38,372 nt of DNA from Candidatus Altarchaeum sp. (GTDB lineage: Archaea; Altiarchaeota; Altiarchaeia; Altiarchaeales; Altiarchaeaceae): NCBI GenBank assembly GCA_018260755.1, contig JAGTWP010000007.1, positions 1 to 38,372 on the forward strand, written 5' to 3'. Positions 26,971 through 36,395 of the stretch are shown here, one piece after another (the stretch's first letter is position 1; every line of letters starts with the position of its first letter). Below the pieces are notes generated by a model. It had not been told where the DNA came from, searched no databases, and saw nothing but the letters and a program-made list of their open reading frames with translations. The translations under genes and the position numbers were made by a program.

Positions 26971-28254
26971 ATGAAATTTTACATAGAGGAACATAAGGGT
27001 AATTCAGTTGATGAAGGAAAGATTGAAATCGTTGAAAGAAAAGGACTTGGCCATCCTGATTATATGGCAGACAGCATCGCAGAGGCATTCTCGCGAAATT
27101 TAAGCAAATATTACATTGAACACTTCGGAACGATATTGCATCACAATGTTGACAAACTTGAGATTGTCGGAGGAAATGTAGATGTTGAATTTGGCGGGGG
27201 AAAATTTTTAAAGCCGATGCTCATATTCTTTTCTGGAAGAGCCACTGCCAAAGTCGGGAACGAAAATGTCCCGCTTGCAGAAATTGCCAAACAATCCGCA
27301 AAAAATTTTATAAAAGAAAATTACAGATTTGTAAATCCCGATGATGAGAAACAAATTAAATTTATGGTTGAAACAAAAAGCGGATCTACCGACCTGGTTG
27401 GCGTTTATGGCAGGAAAGATGCATTAAGCAGCGGAAAAATTTTGGCAAACGACACATCTATCGGAATCGGTTATGCACCGCTTACAATTACTGAAAGAAC
27501 TATTAAGGAACTTGAAGTGTATTTAAACTCAAAAAAATTTAAGGAAATGTATCCTTACAGCGGCGAGGACATCAAAATTATGGGCACAAGAATTGATAAA
27601 AAACTAGACCTGACAATAGCAATGGGATTTGTATCAAAATTTGTTAATAGTGAGAGCGATTACTGGAAATACAAAGGTAAAATAATGGAAGAAATAAGAA
27701 AATTTGTTAAGTCAAAAATTTCAGACAGTGAAATTTCATTGAATGAAAAAGGCGTTGACCTGGGCGAGAACGGAAGCAAGGGAATATATCTGAATACTGC
27801 TGATGTCAGAAAAAAGGGAGAAGAGAAAGGCAACATATATCTGACATTAACAGGAATGTCTGCCGAACAGGGCGATGACGGAGCGGTCGGAAGGGGAAAC
27901 AGAGTTAACGGAATAATTCCGTTTCAGAGACCTTTGAGCATGGAGGCGGTTGCAGGCAAGAATCCGGTAAATCACATCGGAAAACTTTATAATGTTATGG
28001 CATTCCGTCTTGCGACTCAAATTTACAGCGAATTAAGCAAAGAAATCAGACAGGTTGAGGTTAAATTGCTCTCACAAATAGGAATTTCAATTACGGATCC
28101 GTACATTGCTTATGCATCGGTAATTCCTATAGGTAATGTAAAGGTAAGCGATCTTGAAGGAAAAATAAAGAAAATCTTTGAAGAGGAATTGACCAAAGAG
28201 AAATTTGAAAATTTAAGGAAAGAGTTTGTTGATGGAAAAATAGAGGTCTGCTAA
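26971..28254 (+). CDS. mat: S-adenosylmethionine synthetase, archaeal type
   Basis: 427 aa. VERKGLGHPDYMADSIAE, HHNVDK, ANDTSIGIGYAP and GDDGAVGRGNRVNGIIP match the archaeal MAT family (unrelated in motif layout to bacterial MetK). Confidence 0.9.
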   Translation: MKFYIEEHKGNSVDEGKIEIVERKGLGHPDYMADSIAEAFSRNLSKYYIEHFGTILHHNVDKLEIVGGNVDVEFGGGKFLKPMLIFFSGRATAKVGNENVPLAEIAKQSAKNFIKENYRFVNPDDEKQIKFMVETKSGSTDLVGVYGRKDALSSGKILANDTSIGIGYAPLTITERTIKELEVYLNSKKFKEMYPYSGEDIKIMGTRIDKKLDLTIAMGFVSKFVNSESDYWKYKGKIMEEIRKFVKSKISDSEISLNEKGVDLGENGSKGIYLNTADVRKKGEEKGNIYLTLTGMSAEQGDDGAVGRGNRVNGIIPFQRPLSMEAVAGKNPVNHIGKLYNVMAFRLATQIYSELSKEIRQVEVKLLSQIGISITDPYIAYASVIPIGNVKVSDLEGKIKKIFEEELTKEKFENLRKEFVDGKIEVC

Positions 28255-28273
28255 ATTTTTAGGTTAGAAATTT

Positions 28274-28516
28274 GTAACTATTCAGCCACCCAAAAAATTA
28301 CGAGTAAATTTTTTGATTTTTACGCTCACTTCGTTCGTGTATTTTAAAATCTTTGAGATTTTAAAATTGTATTTTTTGAAATTTTACACTCACTTCGTTC
28401 GTGCATTTTCAAACAAGTTTGAAAATCGCAGGTATTAAAAATATTTGAAATATTTTTTAAGATTGAAAATTTATTTATAAATTTTCAGTAAATTTTTGTA
28501 CCCTCTGAATAGTTAC
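28274..28516. mobile_element. MITE, GTAACTATTCAG family, copy C (243 bp), inverted relative to copies A and B
   Basis: It starts GTAACTATTCAGCC and ends CCCTCTGAATAGTTAC. A perfect 8-bp TSD, AGAAATTT, lies at 28266-28273 and 28517-28524. The interior has two CTCACTTCGTTCGTG direct repeats and several near-palindromes. Confidence 0.9.
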
Positions 28517-28532
28517 AGAAATTTAATTATAA

Positions 28533-28596
28533 TTGCTATTATGATGACTCTTCGTGCCTCTGATTAATGATGATATCGCCAAACCCTGAATAGCAA
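28533..28596 (+). ncRNA. C/D box sRNA (2'-O-methylation guide) with a complete C, D', C', D set and a 7-bp terminal stem
   Basis: The + strand reads TTGCTAT T ATGATGA CTCTTCGTGCCT CTGA TTAA TGATGA TATCGCCAAACC CTGA ATAGCAA. Both guide spacers are exactly 12 nt and the flanks are perfectly complementary. Confidence 0.85.
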
Positions 28597-28616
28597 ATTT
28601 AAATTTACATTTTACT

Positions 28617-28907
28617 ATGTTCGCAAAGGTGTATGAAGTGGAAAATGAGTATATGGTTGCGGTGTGTGAAAAGTCCCTAATCGGAAAGACATTTAAGAAA
28701 GGAAAAATAACACTTAAACTTACAGAGGACTTTTACAAAGGTGAAGAAATAAGCGAAGATAAATTACTGGAACTGCTTAATAATGCAACAATTGCAAATT
28801 TAGTCGGAAAGCCGGTAAATTTAGCGATAAATCACAATCTTATTGATGAAGATGGAGTTATGGAAATTTCAGGTGTCAAATATGCACAAATTTTTGTTAT
28901 GAAATAA
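28617..28907 (+). CDS. Conserved archaeal protein, DUF424-like
   Basis: 96 aa. The pattern YMVAVCEKSLIGKTF......L.L.EDFYKGEEISED.LLELL..ATIANLVGK.V.LAI...LIDE..V..I.GV.YAQIF fits my recollection of DUF424. Confidence 0.55.
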   Translation: MFAKVYEVENEYMVAVCEKSLIGKTFKKGKITLKLTEDFYKGEEISEDKLLELLNNATIANLVGKPVNLAINHNLIDEDGVMEISGVKYAQIFVMK

Positions 28908-28938
28908 ATTTTATGAAAATTTATAAAAAAATTTAAAA

Positions 28939-29958
28939 ATGTTAGTGGAAATACTTGAACTTATAGGAACTCTTATAGTAATACTCGTGGGGTGTGAATT
29001 ATTTGCAAACGCTGTTGAACATGTCGGGAGAAAATTTGCTTTATCCCATGCGGCATCAGGGTCATTACTTGCCGCTGTCGGAACGGCAATGCCTGAAACA
29101 TTAGTTGTTATACTATCTTTATTTTTTGGCGGAGGGTACGCAGAAGAAATAAGTATGGGGGCAATATTGGGGCCCCCGTTTATGCTTTTAACATTGGCAA
29201 TATTTTTGCTTGGTTTAACTGTGTTCATCTTAAAATTTATGAAAAAAAGAGAAAATCTTGTTTTAAATGTTCATGTTCCGGCTTTAACATTTGACCTTAA
29301 ATATTTCATAATCGCATTTGCTATTGTAATAATCAGTGCTTTGCTTTATAATATGTCTCACGACAAAATCGTAAATTATATTGCCGCAATCCTTCTTTTA
29401 CTCATATATATTTATTATATAAAGGTTACTCTTTCAATTAAAGCAGATGACAACGAGACCTACGAAGAGTATTTTTACCTTACAAAATATTTTTCCATGA
29501 AACCAAAAATTACAAATGTTTATCTTCAGCTATTACTTGGATTTATCATCATATTTTTTGGGGCAAAGTTGTTTATCGGATATCTGATTGCTATCGGAAC
29601 GGAAGCAGGCATTTCAATGCTCGTGCTCGCTTTACTTATTACCCCATTTGCAACAGAACTTCCCGAAAAATACAACAGCATTTCATGGGTAATAAAAAGA
29701 AAAGATACATTAGGTGTAGCAAATATAACTGGGGCGGTTATTTTTCAGTCAACTATTCTGGTAGCTATCGGACTTATATTTACCTCGTGGGAACTTGATT
29801 TTTATACTATTCTTAATATATCGTTTGCGTTTATATCTGGAATACTTTTATATTTGTCATTAAAATTAAAAGGAAAATTATATGCTCCATATATGCTCAT
29901 CGGAGGGGTCTTATATCTTCTGTATATTTTACTTGTATTAGGATTTGTTAAAATTTAA
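28939..29958 (+). CDS. Ca2+/cation antiporter (CaCA, Na+/Ca2+ exchanger membrane region family)
   Basis: 339 aa with about 10 TM helices. It has two alpha-repeat-like motifs, GSLLAAVGTAMPETLV and LGVANITGAVIFQSTILVAIG. Confidence 0.75.
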   Translation: MLVEILELIGTLIVILVGCELFANAVEHVGRKFALSHAASGSLLAAVGTAMPETLVVILSLFFGGGYAEEISMGAILGPPFMLLTLAIFLLGLTVFILKFMKKRENLVLNVHVPALTFDLKYFIIAFAIVIISALLYNMSHDKIVNYIAAILLLLIYIYYIKVTLSIKADDNETYEEYFYLTKYFSMKPKITNVYLQLLLGFIIIFFGAKLFIGYLIAIGTEAGISMLVLALLITPFATELPEKYNSISWVIKRKDTLGVANITGAVIFQSTILVAIGLIFTSWELDFYTILNISFAFISGILLYLSLKLKGKLYAPYMLIGGVLYLLYILLVLGFVKI

Positions 29959-29991
29959 TCTTTCCCAAAAGCCATCTCACATCTCAAATCA

Positions 29992-30732
29992 CTAACCTCC
30001 ATAAGGCATATCCAGATATTCTTCATTTATCTTACATGCTTTTTCATAATCCTTCGTTGCCTCTTTTTCTTTTTCAGTTGCATAATATGCCAGTCCTCTG
30101 TAATAATATGCATCGGCAAAATCCTTGTTCCTTTCTACGGACTTTGTGAAAAAATTTATTGCATTATTATAATCCTCTTTTCCCAAATATGCCAATCCCA
30201 AATAATGTAATGTTTCATAATTTTCCTTTATGTCGCATGCTCTCTTTAAAAATTTTATTGCATTGTCGTAATCATCTTTTCCCAAATATGCCAATCCCAA
30301 ATAATGATTATTGTCAAAATTTTCCTCAATTGAAATTGATTTATTTAAATGTATTATTGCATTGTCATAATCCTCGTCATTCATATAAGCCATTCCTATA
30401 AATTTTGACACATCAGCACTATTATTTCCGTAATCAATTGACTTTTTGAAATTTGATATTGCATCGTCATTTCTATTCATGTTTAAATAAACCAAACCTA
30501 AGTTATAATAGCCATTCACAGGTTCTATCAAAATTTCCTTTTTAAATATCTTTTCTGATGATTCGTTGTCTTCTTCGTCAATAAAATTTTCTCCGCTTTC
30601 TTCTAAAATTTCAACGATGTCATCTTTCTCATCTTCATTTTTTTTAAGTATTTCGTCAATCATTTCAAACGCTTCAAAAAATTTTTTTACTTCTAACAAT
30701 GCTTCAATTTTATCTCTGATTGCTTGTTCCAT
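29992..30732 (-). CDS. TPR repeat protein
   Basis: It has an acidic N-terminal part followed by 5-6 34-residue repeats of the form Y.LGLAYL...DYDNAI..F.K...I. Confidence 0.8.
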   Translation of the reverse strand: MEQAIRDKIEALLEVKKFFEAFEMIDEILKKNEDEKDDIVEILEESGENFIDEEDNESSEKIFKKEILIEPVNGYYNLGLVYLNMNRNDDAISNFKKSIDYGNNSADVSKFIGMAYMNDEDYDNAIIHLNKSISIEENFDNNHYLGLAYLGKDDYDNAIKFLKRACDIKENYETLHYLGLAYLGKEDYNNAINFFTKSVERNKDFADAYYYRGLAYYATEKEKEATKDYEKACKINEEYLDMPYGG

Positions 30733-30807
30733 TTTAAATAGTTAAATAATGAATAGTTATATTTTGATTTATATTAAATTTTATCTGAAAATTATAAAGT
30801 TAAAAAT

Positions 30808-31821
30808 TTAAATCCCTCTGTTTTGTAAGACCTCTATAACCTTTGATGCCTCGGTTCCTTTCATCCCTTCTCCTAAATTTTTCGCAACTTCTTTTAAAAT
30901 TTTTGGTTCATTGTAATGTGATGTCGCTTCAACAATTGCCTTTGCCCTCTTTTTAGGGTCGGATGATTTAAAAATTCCCGAACCAACAAAAACACCCTCG
31001 CATCCCATATTCATCATTAATGCCGCATCAGCAGGAGTAGCAATGCCACCCGCTGCAAAATTTACACGAGGTAATCGCTGCAATTTTTTTGTTTCCTCCA
31101 AAATTTTAAAAATTTCATCTTTTATGTATTTATAGTTATATTCATCAAATACAACATCATCCTCTTTTATCTCTTTTGATATTTCAAATTTTTCGTATAC
31201 CTCCTGCGTTAATTTGCAGTATTTGTTTGCATAATTTACCGCAACTTTTTGCATTTCTTCGTCACTTAAATTTTTTAACTGTGCAATACCTTCATTCATC
31301 ATGTGCATATGTCTTACCGCTTCTATTACATCCCCTGTTCCTGCCTCACCTTTTGTTCTCATCATTGCAGCACCTTCAAAAATCCTTCGGACTGCCTCCC
31401 CGAGTTCACGGGCACCGCAGACAAAAGGAATTTTAAATTTTTTCTTATTTATGTGGAAGAACGGATCAGCCATTGTCAAAACTTCACTTTCATCAACCAT
31501 ATCAACACCTAATGTTTCAAGTATTCTTGCTTCGCTGTAATGACCTATTCTGCACTTTGCCATTACAGGAATTGTAACTGTCTTTAAAATTTCATCTATC
31601 TTTTCAAGACTGGCCATTCTCGCGACTCCTCCTTCCGCTCTGATGTCAGCAGGAACTCGTTCAAGAGCCATGACAGCAACCGCTCCCGCATCCTCGGCAA
31701 TTTTCGCCTGTTCGGCATTTGTTACATCCATAATTACTCCCCCTTTTACCATACTTGCAAATCCCTTCTTTAAGGTCTCGCTGCCATAAATTTTTCCTTC
31801 GGTATCTATTGTGTTTGTCAT
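30808..31821 (-). CDS. pdxS: Pyridoxal 5'-phosphate synthase, lyase subunit PdxS
   Basis: [69 protein letters not shown] and [17 protein letters not shown] all match PdxS. It contains the ~40-aa insertion seen in some archaeal (for example Methanococcales) PdxS proteins. Confidence 0.95.
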   Translation of the reverse strand: MTNTIDTEGKIYGSETLKKGFASMVKGGVIMDVTNAEQAKIAEDAGAVAVMALERVPADIRAEGGVARMASLEKIDEILKTVTIPVMAKCRIGHYSEARILETLGVDMVDESEVLTMADPFFHINKKKFKIPFVCGARELGEAVRRIFEGAAMMRTKGEAGTGDVIEAVRHMHMMNEGIAQLKNLSDEEMQKVAVNYANKYCKLTQEVYEKFEISKEIKEDDVVFDEYNYKYIKDEIFKILEETKKLQRLPRVNFAAGGIATPADAALMMNMGCEGVFVGSGIFKSSDPKKRAKAIVEATSHYNEPKILKEVAKNLGEGMKGTEASKVIEVLQNRGI

Positions 31822-32094
31822 TCTAGTCTATAAAATTTATTATTAATTTTTATTAATTTTATTTATTAATTTTATTTAAATTTCAATATCATTAAATTTG
31901 TTTGGATTATTATTTCAATTAATTAATCACGGATTATTAAATATGAGCCTATCTTTTGGTAATTCTACAAAATCACGTTTTTCTATTTTTGTCACAGGCA
32001 ACATTTTTAGTATTTCATTTCTTACTTCTTTTCTCTTTATTTATCAAGTTTATTAGAAATGAAATTATGAATTATGTATGTAATTATGTAAAAA

Positions 32095-32688
32095 TCAGAT
32101 TAAATTTAAAAAGTATTTATAAATTTTTGTATCATTTGTCAATTCCGGATGAAAGGTCAGTCCGATTACATTTTTGTCTTTAACTGCGATTGCTTTTCCT
32201 TCAAATTCCGCCAAAATTTCTCCTTTATGCACCTTTTCAATGACCGGTGCCCTTATAAATATAGCATGAAATTTTTCGGTTTTGTTTAAATTAAATTTCA
32301 AACAGACATCCGCCTCAAAACTTTCTCTTTGTCTTCCGTAACCGTTTCTTTTTACTTCCATGTCAAGCAATCCATCATAAAATTTATTGTCAACATTCTT
32401 TGCGAGCAAAATCAGTCCCGCGCATGTTCCAAGTATGGGAATTTCTTCATCGCTTATTTTTCCTAGAAAATTTAAAAATTTATTGATATCATTGCCATTT
32501 TCATCATGCATTAATTTTCTCATCGTTGTGCTTTCTCCGCCGGGAATAATTAACGCATCGCAGTTAAAATTTTCAAATCCCCGCAATTCAACAACATTAA
32601 TATTCTTTTCAAGTTCTTTCACTGCATTATTAAGCATTCGGACATGCTCACTTACATCCCCCTGCAATGCAAATACCCCTATTTTCAT
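32095..32688 (-). CDS. pdxT: Pyridoxal 5'-phosphate synthase, glutaminase subunit PdxT
   Basis: IGVFALQGDVSEH, LIIPGGESTT, GTCAGLILLA and FIRAP...GLTFHPELT give a class I glutamine amidotransferase triad in the PdxT layout. Confidence 0.9.
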   Translation of the reverse strand: MKIGVFALQGDVSEHVRMLNNAVKELEKNINVVELRGFENFNCDALIIPGGESTTMRKLMHDENGNDINKFLNFLGKISDEEIPILGTCAGLILLAKNVDNKFYDGLLDMEVKRNGYGRQRESFEADVCLKFNLNKTEKFHAIFIRAPVIEKVHKGEILAEFEGKAIAVKDKNVIGLTFHPELTNDTKIYKYFLNLI

Positions 32689-32764
32689 CGTAAAAATTTT
32701 TCAGGATTAAATTTAGAATTAAATTTTGTAAGCAAAAATTACGAACTCTTAACAATTTTATCAA

Positions 32765-33940
32765 TTACTTTATCATCTTGAGCAATAAAATTGCCGATAT
32801 AACTCCAACTATTCCGCCAAAGATAAATGTGACATCCGGAGAAACAAACTCCCACAATAAACCGGCAATTATGCCTCCGGGAAGTGCCGCTAATCCTATT
32901 ACAGTATGAAATGTTCCTAAGCCGGTTCCTCGTAAATTTTCGGGGATAATCTCCGAAATGTATGCTCTTTGAGTTGCATCTATAAACGCATAAGTTAATC
33001 CGTAAAGAGCAAAAAATAAAACAAACAAACTAAATGAATCAGACATTATAAAGCCAAGGCAAGTTAGTGCAAAAAATAAGTATCCTGCAATAAGGACTTT
33101 TTTCTTTCCTATTTTATCTGCCAACATACCAGCAGGAAAAGAAAGAGCGGCATAAACAACATTAAACCATGCATACAGAAGAATGGGTATTATAATTGCC
33201 ATCTCGCCTGAAAACAAGAATTGTGTTTTAAGTATGAAAAACATATATGTAAAATTTCCCAATGCAAAAATGCATGCAATCATTAGAAATTTGCGAAAGT
33301 CCCCCGGCAATAGCTTTAAATTTATTTTAAATGTTGTCTCAACAGGCGACTTCTTTTCTTCCCTGACAAATAATAAAGGAATGAGTGAGAAAAGCCCGAT
33401 TATTCCTGCGGCAAGAATCATTGTCTGAAAATTTAAACCGAAAAAATAGATAAGAATAAACGCCATTATTGAGCCGACAACCGCTCCCATTGTATCCATT
33501 GCTCTGTGTATTCCGAATGCCTTGCCTTTTTTATCTCCCGATGATTCTGCAATAATTACATCCCTCGGAGCTGTTCTTAAACCCTTGCCAACCCTGTCCA
33601 ATGAAACAAACAGGACTGCGTGCTGCCATATATCTGAAAATGAAAGAAGTGTTTTTGAGAATGCTGATATGCTATACCCCCAAAAGACAAAAGGAAGACA
33701 TTTTCCTTTTTTATCTGACATATATCCGGAAATAACCTTAAATATTGAGGCAATGCTTTCCGAAAGCCCGCCAACCAAACCTATAATAACTCCTGTTGCA
33801 CCTAAAGAAGCCAGGAATAAAGGCAATATCGGAAATATAATCTCGCTGCTTACATCCTGAATAAAACTAACTAATCCTAATAAAATTATATTCGGGTGTA
33901 TTTTATTTGTGATTTTTTTTATTTTTTCATGATTTTGCAT
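32765..33940 (-). CDS. MFS transporter
   Basis: 391 aa with 12 predicted TM helices. The loop 2-3 motif is G.MSDKKGK, and a repeat-half motif is LADKIGKKK. Confidence 0.8.
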   Translation of the reverse strand: MQNHEKIKKITNKIHPNIILLGLVSFIQDVSSEIIFPILPLFLASLGATGVIIGLVGGLSESIASIFKVISGYMSDKKGKCLPFVFWGYSISAFSKTLLSFSDIWQHAVLFVSLDRVGKGLRTAPRDVIIAESSGDKKGKAFGIHRAMDTMGAVVGSIMAFILIYFFGLNFQTMILAAGIIGLFSLIPLLFVREEKKSPVETTFKINLKLLPGDFRKFLMIACIFALGNFTYMFFILKTQFLFSGEMAIIIPILLYAWFNVVYAALSFPAGMLADKIGKKKVLIAGYLFFALTCLGFIMSDSFSLFVLFFALYGLTYAFIDATQRAYISEIIPENLRGTGLGTFHTVIGLAALPGGIIAGLLWEFVSPDVTFIFGGIVGVISAILLLKMIK

Positions 33941-33993
33941 CTTGTTTTATAAATTTTTACAACTAATTTTTACAAACATAACAATATGTTTTT

Positions 33994-34047
33994 GGCAATG
34001 AAATTTATTCTGGCAAGGAAATTTATTCTGACAAGGAAATTTAATTT
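33994..34047. repeat. 18-bp tandem repeat x3 upstream of the MFS transporter gene
   Basis: The three consecutive units are GGCAATGAAATTTATTCT, GGCAAGGAAATTTATTCT and GACAAGGAAATTTAATTT. Confidence 0.85.
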
Positions 34048-34052
34048 ATTAT

Positions 34053-34086
34053 GACTTACGCAGTTTTAATATAAAGTATTAGAATT
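34053..34086. mobile_element. Solo terminal repeat of the same IS as at 7549-7893
   Basis: GACTTACGCAGTTTTAATATAAAGTATTAGAATT is the inverse complement (2-3 mismatches) of the 36-bp end AATCCTAATAGTTTATATTAAAACTGCGTAAGTC. No transposase sequence is adjacent. Confidence 0.75.
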
Positions 34087-34177
34087 ATAAAAAAATAGTA
34101 TTTGTTTAGCCAACCGAATAAGCATAAAACTTTTGTTTTTTCATAATTCTAAATTCTATCTTACAAAAATTTAAATT

Positions 34178-35092
34178 TCATCCCTTAAAAAATTTCTCTA
34201 TCTGCACAACAACATCCATTCCTGCTCTTTTTTGTGCTTCTTTTGTTGCACTTGCGATATGCGGAGTAAGAATAACATTTTCCAAATTTCTAAATTCGGG
34301 ATTCGGATTCGGTTCGTTCTCAAAAACATCCAGGCACACACCTCCGATTAATTTATTCTTTAACGCTCCTATCAGTGCGAGTTCATTGATTATACCCCCT
34401 CTTGAAGTATTTATCATAATTGCATCCTTTTTTAGCGTCTTTATATTGTCCGCATTTATTAAATTTCTTGTTTCATTCATCAAAGGAACATGTATGGAGA
34501 CAAAATCACATTGTTTTAAAATTTCATCTATATTTTTGCAGTGTCTTACATTTAAATTTTCATAGATTTTTTCATCCGTAATCAGCGGATCATAAGCAAA
34601 TACATTTGCACTGAAACCATTAGCAATTGTCGCTACCTTTCTTCCAATTCTTCCGAATCCTATAATTCCAAAATTTTTTCCGCAGATTTCTCTTCCTGTA
34701 AATTTCTTCTTTTCCCATTTTTCTTCCTTCATTGATTTATCCGCTTCGGAAATTTTTCTTATCATGGCTAGCAGAGACCCGAAAACCATTTCCGCTACTG
34801 ATATGGTTAATGAATCAGGAGCATTGACAACCTTAATGTTTCTTTCTTTTGCTGCGAGCACATCTACATTGTCAAGCCCGGCACCCGCTCTTGCGATAAT
34901 TTTTAAATTTTTTGCATTTGCAATAACATCCTTTGTTATTTTTGTTGCACTCCTAACGAGCAGGCAGTCATAATTTTGCAATTTTTCAAGGTCGTTCAGT
35001 TTTTCCTTTCCGGTTTCAACATCCGCAATCCCTTTTAATTTGTCCGTTGCTTCCTCATCAATTTCATCACATATTAAAATTTTAGGATGCAT
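34178..35092 (-). CDS. serA: D-3-phosphoglycerate dehydrogenase, short form lacking the ACT domain (or a related D-2-hydroxyacid dehydrogenase)
   Basis: 304 aa. It has the NAD Rossmann motif GIIGFGRIGRKVA, and RGGIINE...DVFENEP...LTPHIASAT is the catalytic-domain signature. It ends right after the catalytic domain. Confidence 0.75.
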   Translation of the reverse strand: MHPKILICDEIDEEATDKLKGIADVETGKEKLNDLEKLQNYDCLLVRSATKITKDVIANAKNLKIIARAGAGLDNVDVLAAKERNIKVVNAPDSLTISVAEMVFGSLLAMIRKISEADKSMKEEKWEKKKFTGREICGKNFGIIGFGRIGRKVATIANGFSANVFAYDPLITDEKIYENLNVRHCKNIDEILKQCDFVSIHVPLMNETRNLINADNIKTLKKDAIMINTSRGGIINELALIGALKNKLIGGVCLDVFENEPNPNPEFRNLENVILTPHIASATKEAQKRAGMDVVVQIEKFFKG

Positions 35093-35142
35093 TTTGTTTA
35101 AATTTTATCTGTTATTTCCTGTTTTTATGTTTTTCAAAAATT

Positions 35143-35559
35143 TTAATCAAAAAATTTCGCATCTTCAAGAACCTCTCTTGCTTTTAATTTTTGCGTCTCA
35201 TTTACCTTTATTATCACCCTTGCACTCCCTCTGTCCTCACTTGTTTGTTGATATATAAACTCAATATTTATCTTTTTTTTAGCCAGAATATCTGAAATTT
35301 TTTTCAATTGTCCCGGCTCGTTTCGAAGTGTTATTAGAAAAACATCCGACTCAACAACATTAAAATTTCTCTTTCGTAAAATTTCAGCTGTCTTTTTAGG
35401 GTCATCTGTAATGAGCCGTATAATTCCGATTTCTCCAAGCCCTTCACCATTAATTGCATTTATATTTATCTTTGCACTACCTATTGCTTCTGCTATTTCT
35501 GCGAGAACACCAGTCCTGTTTTCGGTTATAACCGAAATCAAAGTTGCGATATGCTCCAT
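35143..35559 (-). CDS. Tandem ACT-domain protein
   Basis: 138 aa with two beta-alpha-beta-beta-alpha-beta units, each starting with an ACT-type motif: ISVITENRTGVLAEIAEAIGSAKINI and FLITLRNEPGQLKKISDILAKKKINI. Confidence 0.75.
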   Translation of the reverse strand: MEHIATLISVITENRTGVLAEIAEAIGSAKININAINGEGLGEIGIIRLITDDPKKTAEILRKRNFNVVESDVFLITLRNEPGQLKKISDILAKKKINIEFIYQQTSEDRGSARVIIKVNETQKLKAREVLEDAKFFD

Positions 35560-35710
35560 TTTAAAATTTTGTTTATAAATTTAAATTTAAATATATTTAA
35601 TCCCTTGTTTACTAATTGTTTAAAAATTTGCTTCAGATAACTCAAAATTTTCCGTCGTCTCAACATCCGTTTTTTCTTTTGTTGTCCATCCATAAGATTT
35701 AAAATTTAAA

Positions 35711-36349
35711 TCATACTTTTTTAGAAGTTGTCTTTCCACCTTCGGCATTTTGTTCTTTATTGCCTGCCTCTTTTGGTTTGCTACTTTTCCTGCTGGCAAG
35801 ACCTTTTCTAATTTTAGATATTATTCCTTCTTTGCTTTTATTTTCATCTTTCTTTCCTTCTTTATTTTCCATTTCTCTGCTTTCCTTCATACCTTCTAGC
35901 AATATTGCTTCGTCAGCGGTATTTCTAAGTGCGGAAGAAAAATTTTCCTTTGCACCGACAACTATTGTTGCCTTTCCCATTTCTTTGGCTTTTTTCAGAA
36001 CAAAGTGAAAATCAGTATCCCGTGTAACCAGAGCAATTACATTTACAGCAGGATTGTAAATAGCACTTGTTGCATCAACAGCCATGCACACATCTACATC
36101 AGACGGAGTTGTAACTACCTCATAGCCCTCGTTTATTGCTGCTTCAACTAATTTTGGCGGTGCATTTTGATTTAAATAAACGCGGCAAATTTTTATCAAA
36201 CCGACGGTCTTTAAATTTTCCTTGATCTCCCTCAAACTTAAATTTACATCCTTTCTCAACACATTAGGACCATCTACAAAAACAGCCAGCTTATTCTTTT
36301 TCTTCAAAAGGTCTTTAAATTTTTCTATTTCTATCATTGCAGATGCCAT
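35711..36349 (-). CDS. NYN/LabA-like (DUF88) domain protein with a Lys/Glu-rich tail
   Basis: LAVFVDGPNV and ALVTRDTDFHFVLKKAKEMGKATIVVG are NYN-domain motifs. The last 60 or so residues are low-complexity K/E/G. Confidence 0.75.
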   Translation of the reverse strand: MASAMIEIEKFKDLLKKKNKLAVFVDGPNVLRKDVNLSLREIKENLKTVGLIKICRVYLNQNAPPKLVEAAINEGYEVVTTPSDVDVCMAVDATSAIYNPAVNVIALVTRDTDFHFVLKKAKEMGKATIVVGAKENFSSALRNTADEAILLEGMKESREMENKEGKKDENKSKEGIISKIRKGLASRKSSKPKEAGNKEQNAEGGKTTSKKV

Positions 36350-36395
36350 TTTTTCACATAAATAAAAATATAAATAAAAATGAAATTTTAAATTT

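Noticed and set aside
28911-29228. A 105-aa - strand ORF at the 5' end of the CaCA antiporter gene.
   Set aside because: It is the antisense of a well-supported membrane transporter gene, and its composition is typical of a shadow ORF.
31948-32025. A 25-codon - strand ORF (MLPVTKIEKRDFVELPKDRLIFNNP) resembling the start of an AbrB/SpoVT-type antitoxin, in the pdxT-pdxS spacer.
   Set aside because: It stops after 25 codons and no toxin partner is nearby. The resemblance rests on a few residues, so it is at best a gene relic.
35619-35693. A 24-codon very basic ORF on the - strand (MDGQQKKKRMLRRRKILSYLKQIF), possibly an L41e-like ribosomal peptide.
   Set aside because: It is too short and the similarity to L41e is only compositional. 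It cannot be supported without homology search or ribosome profiling.
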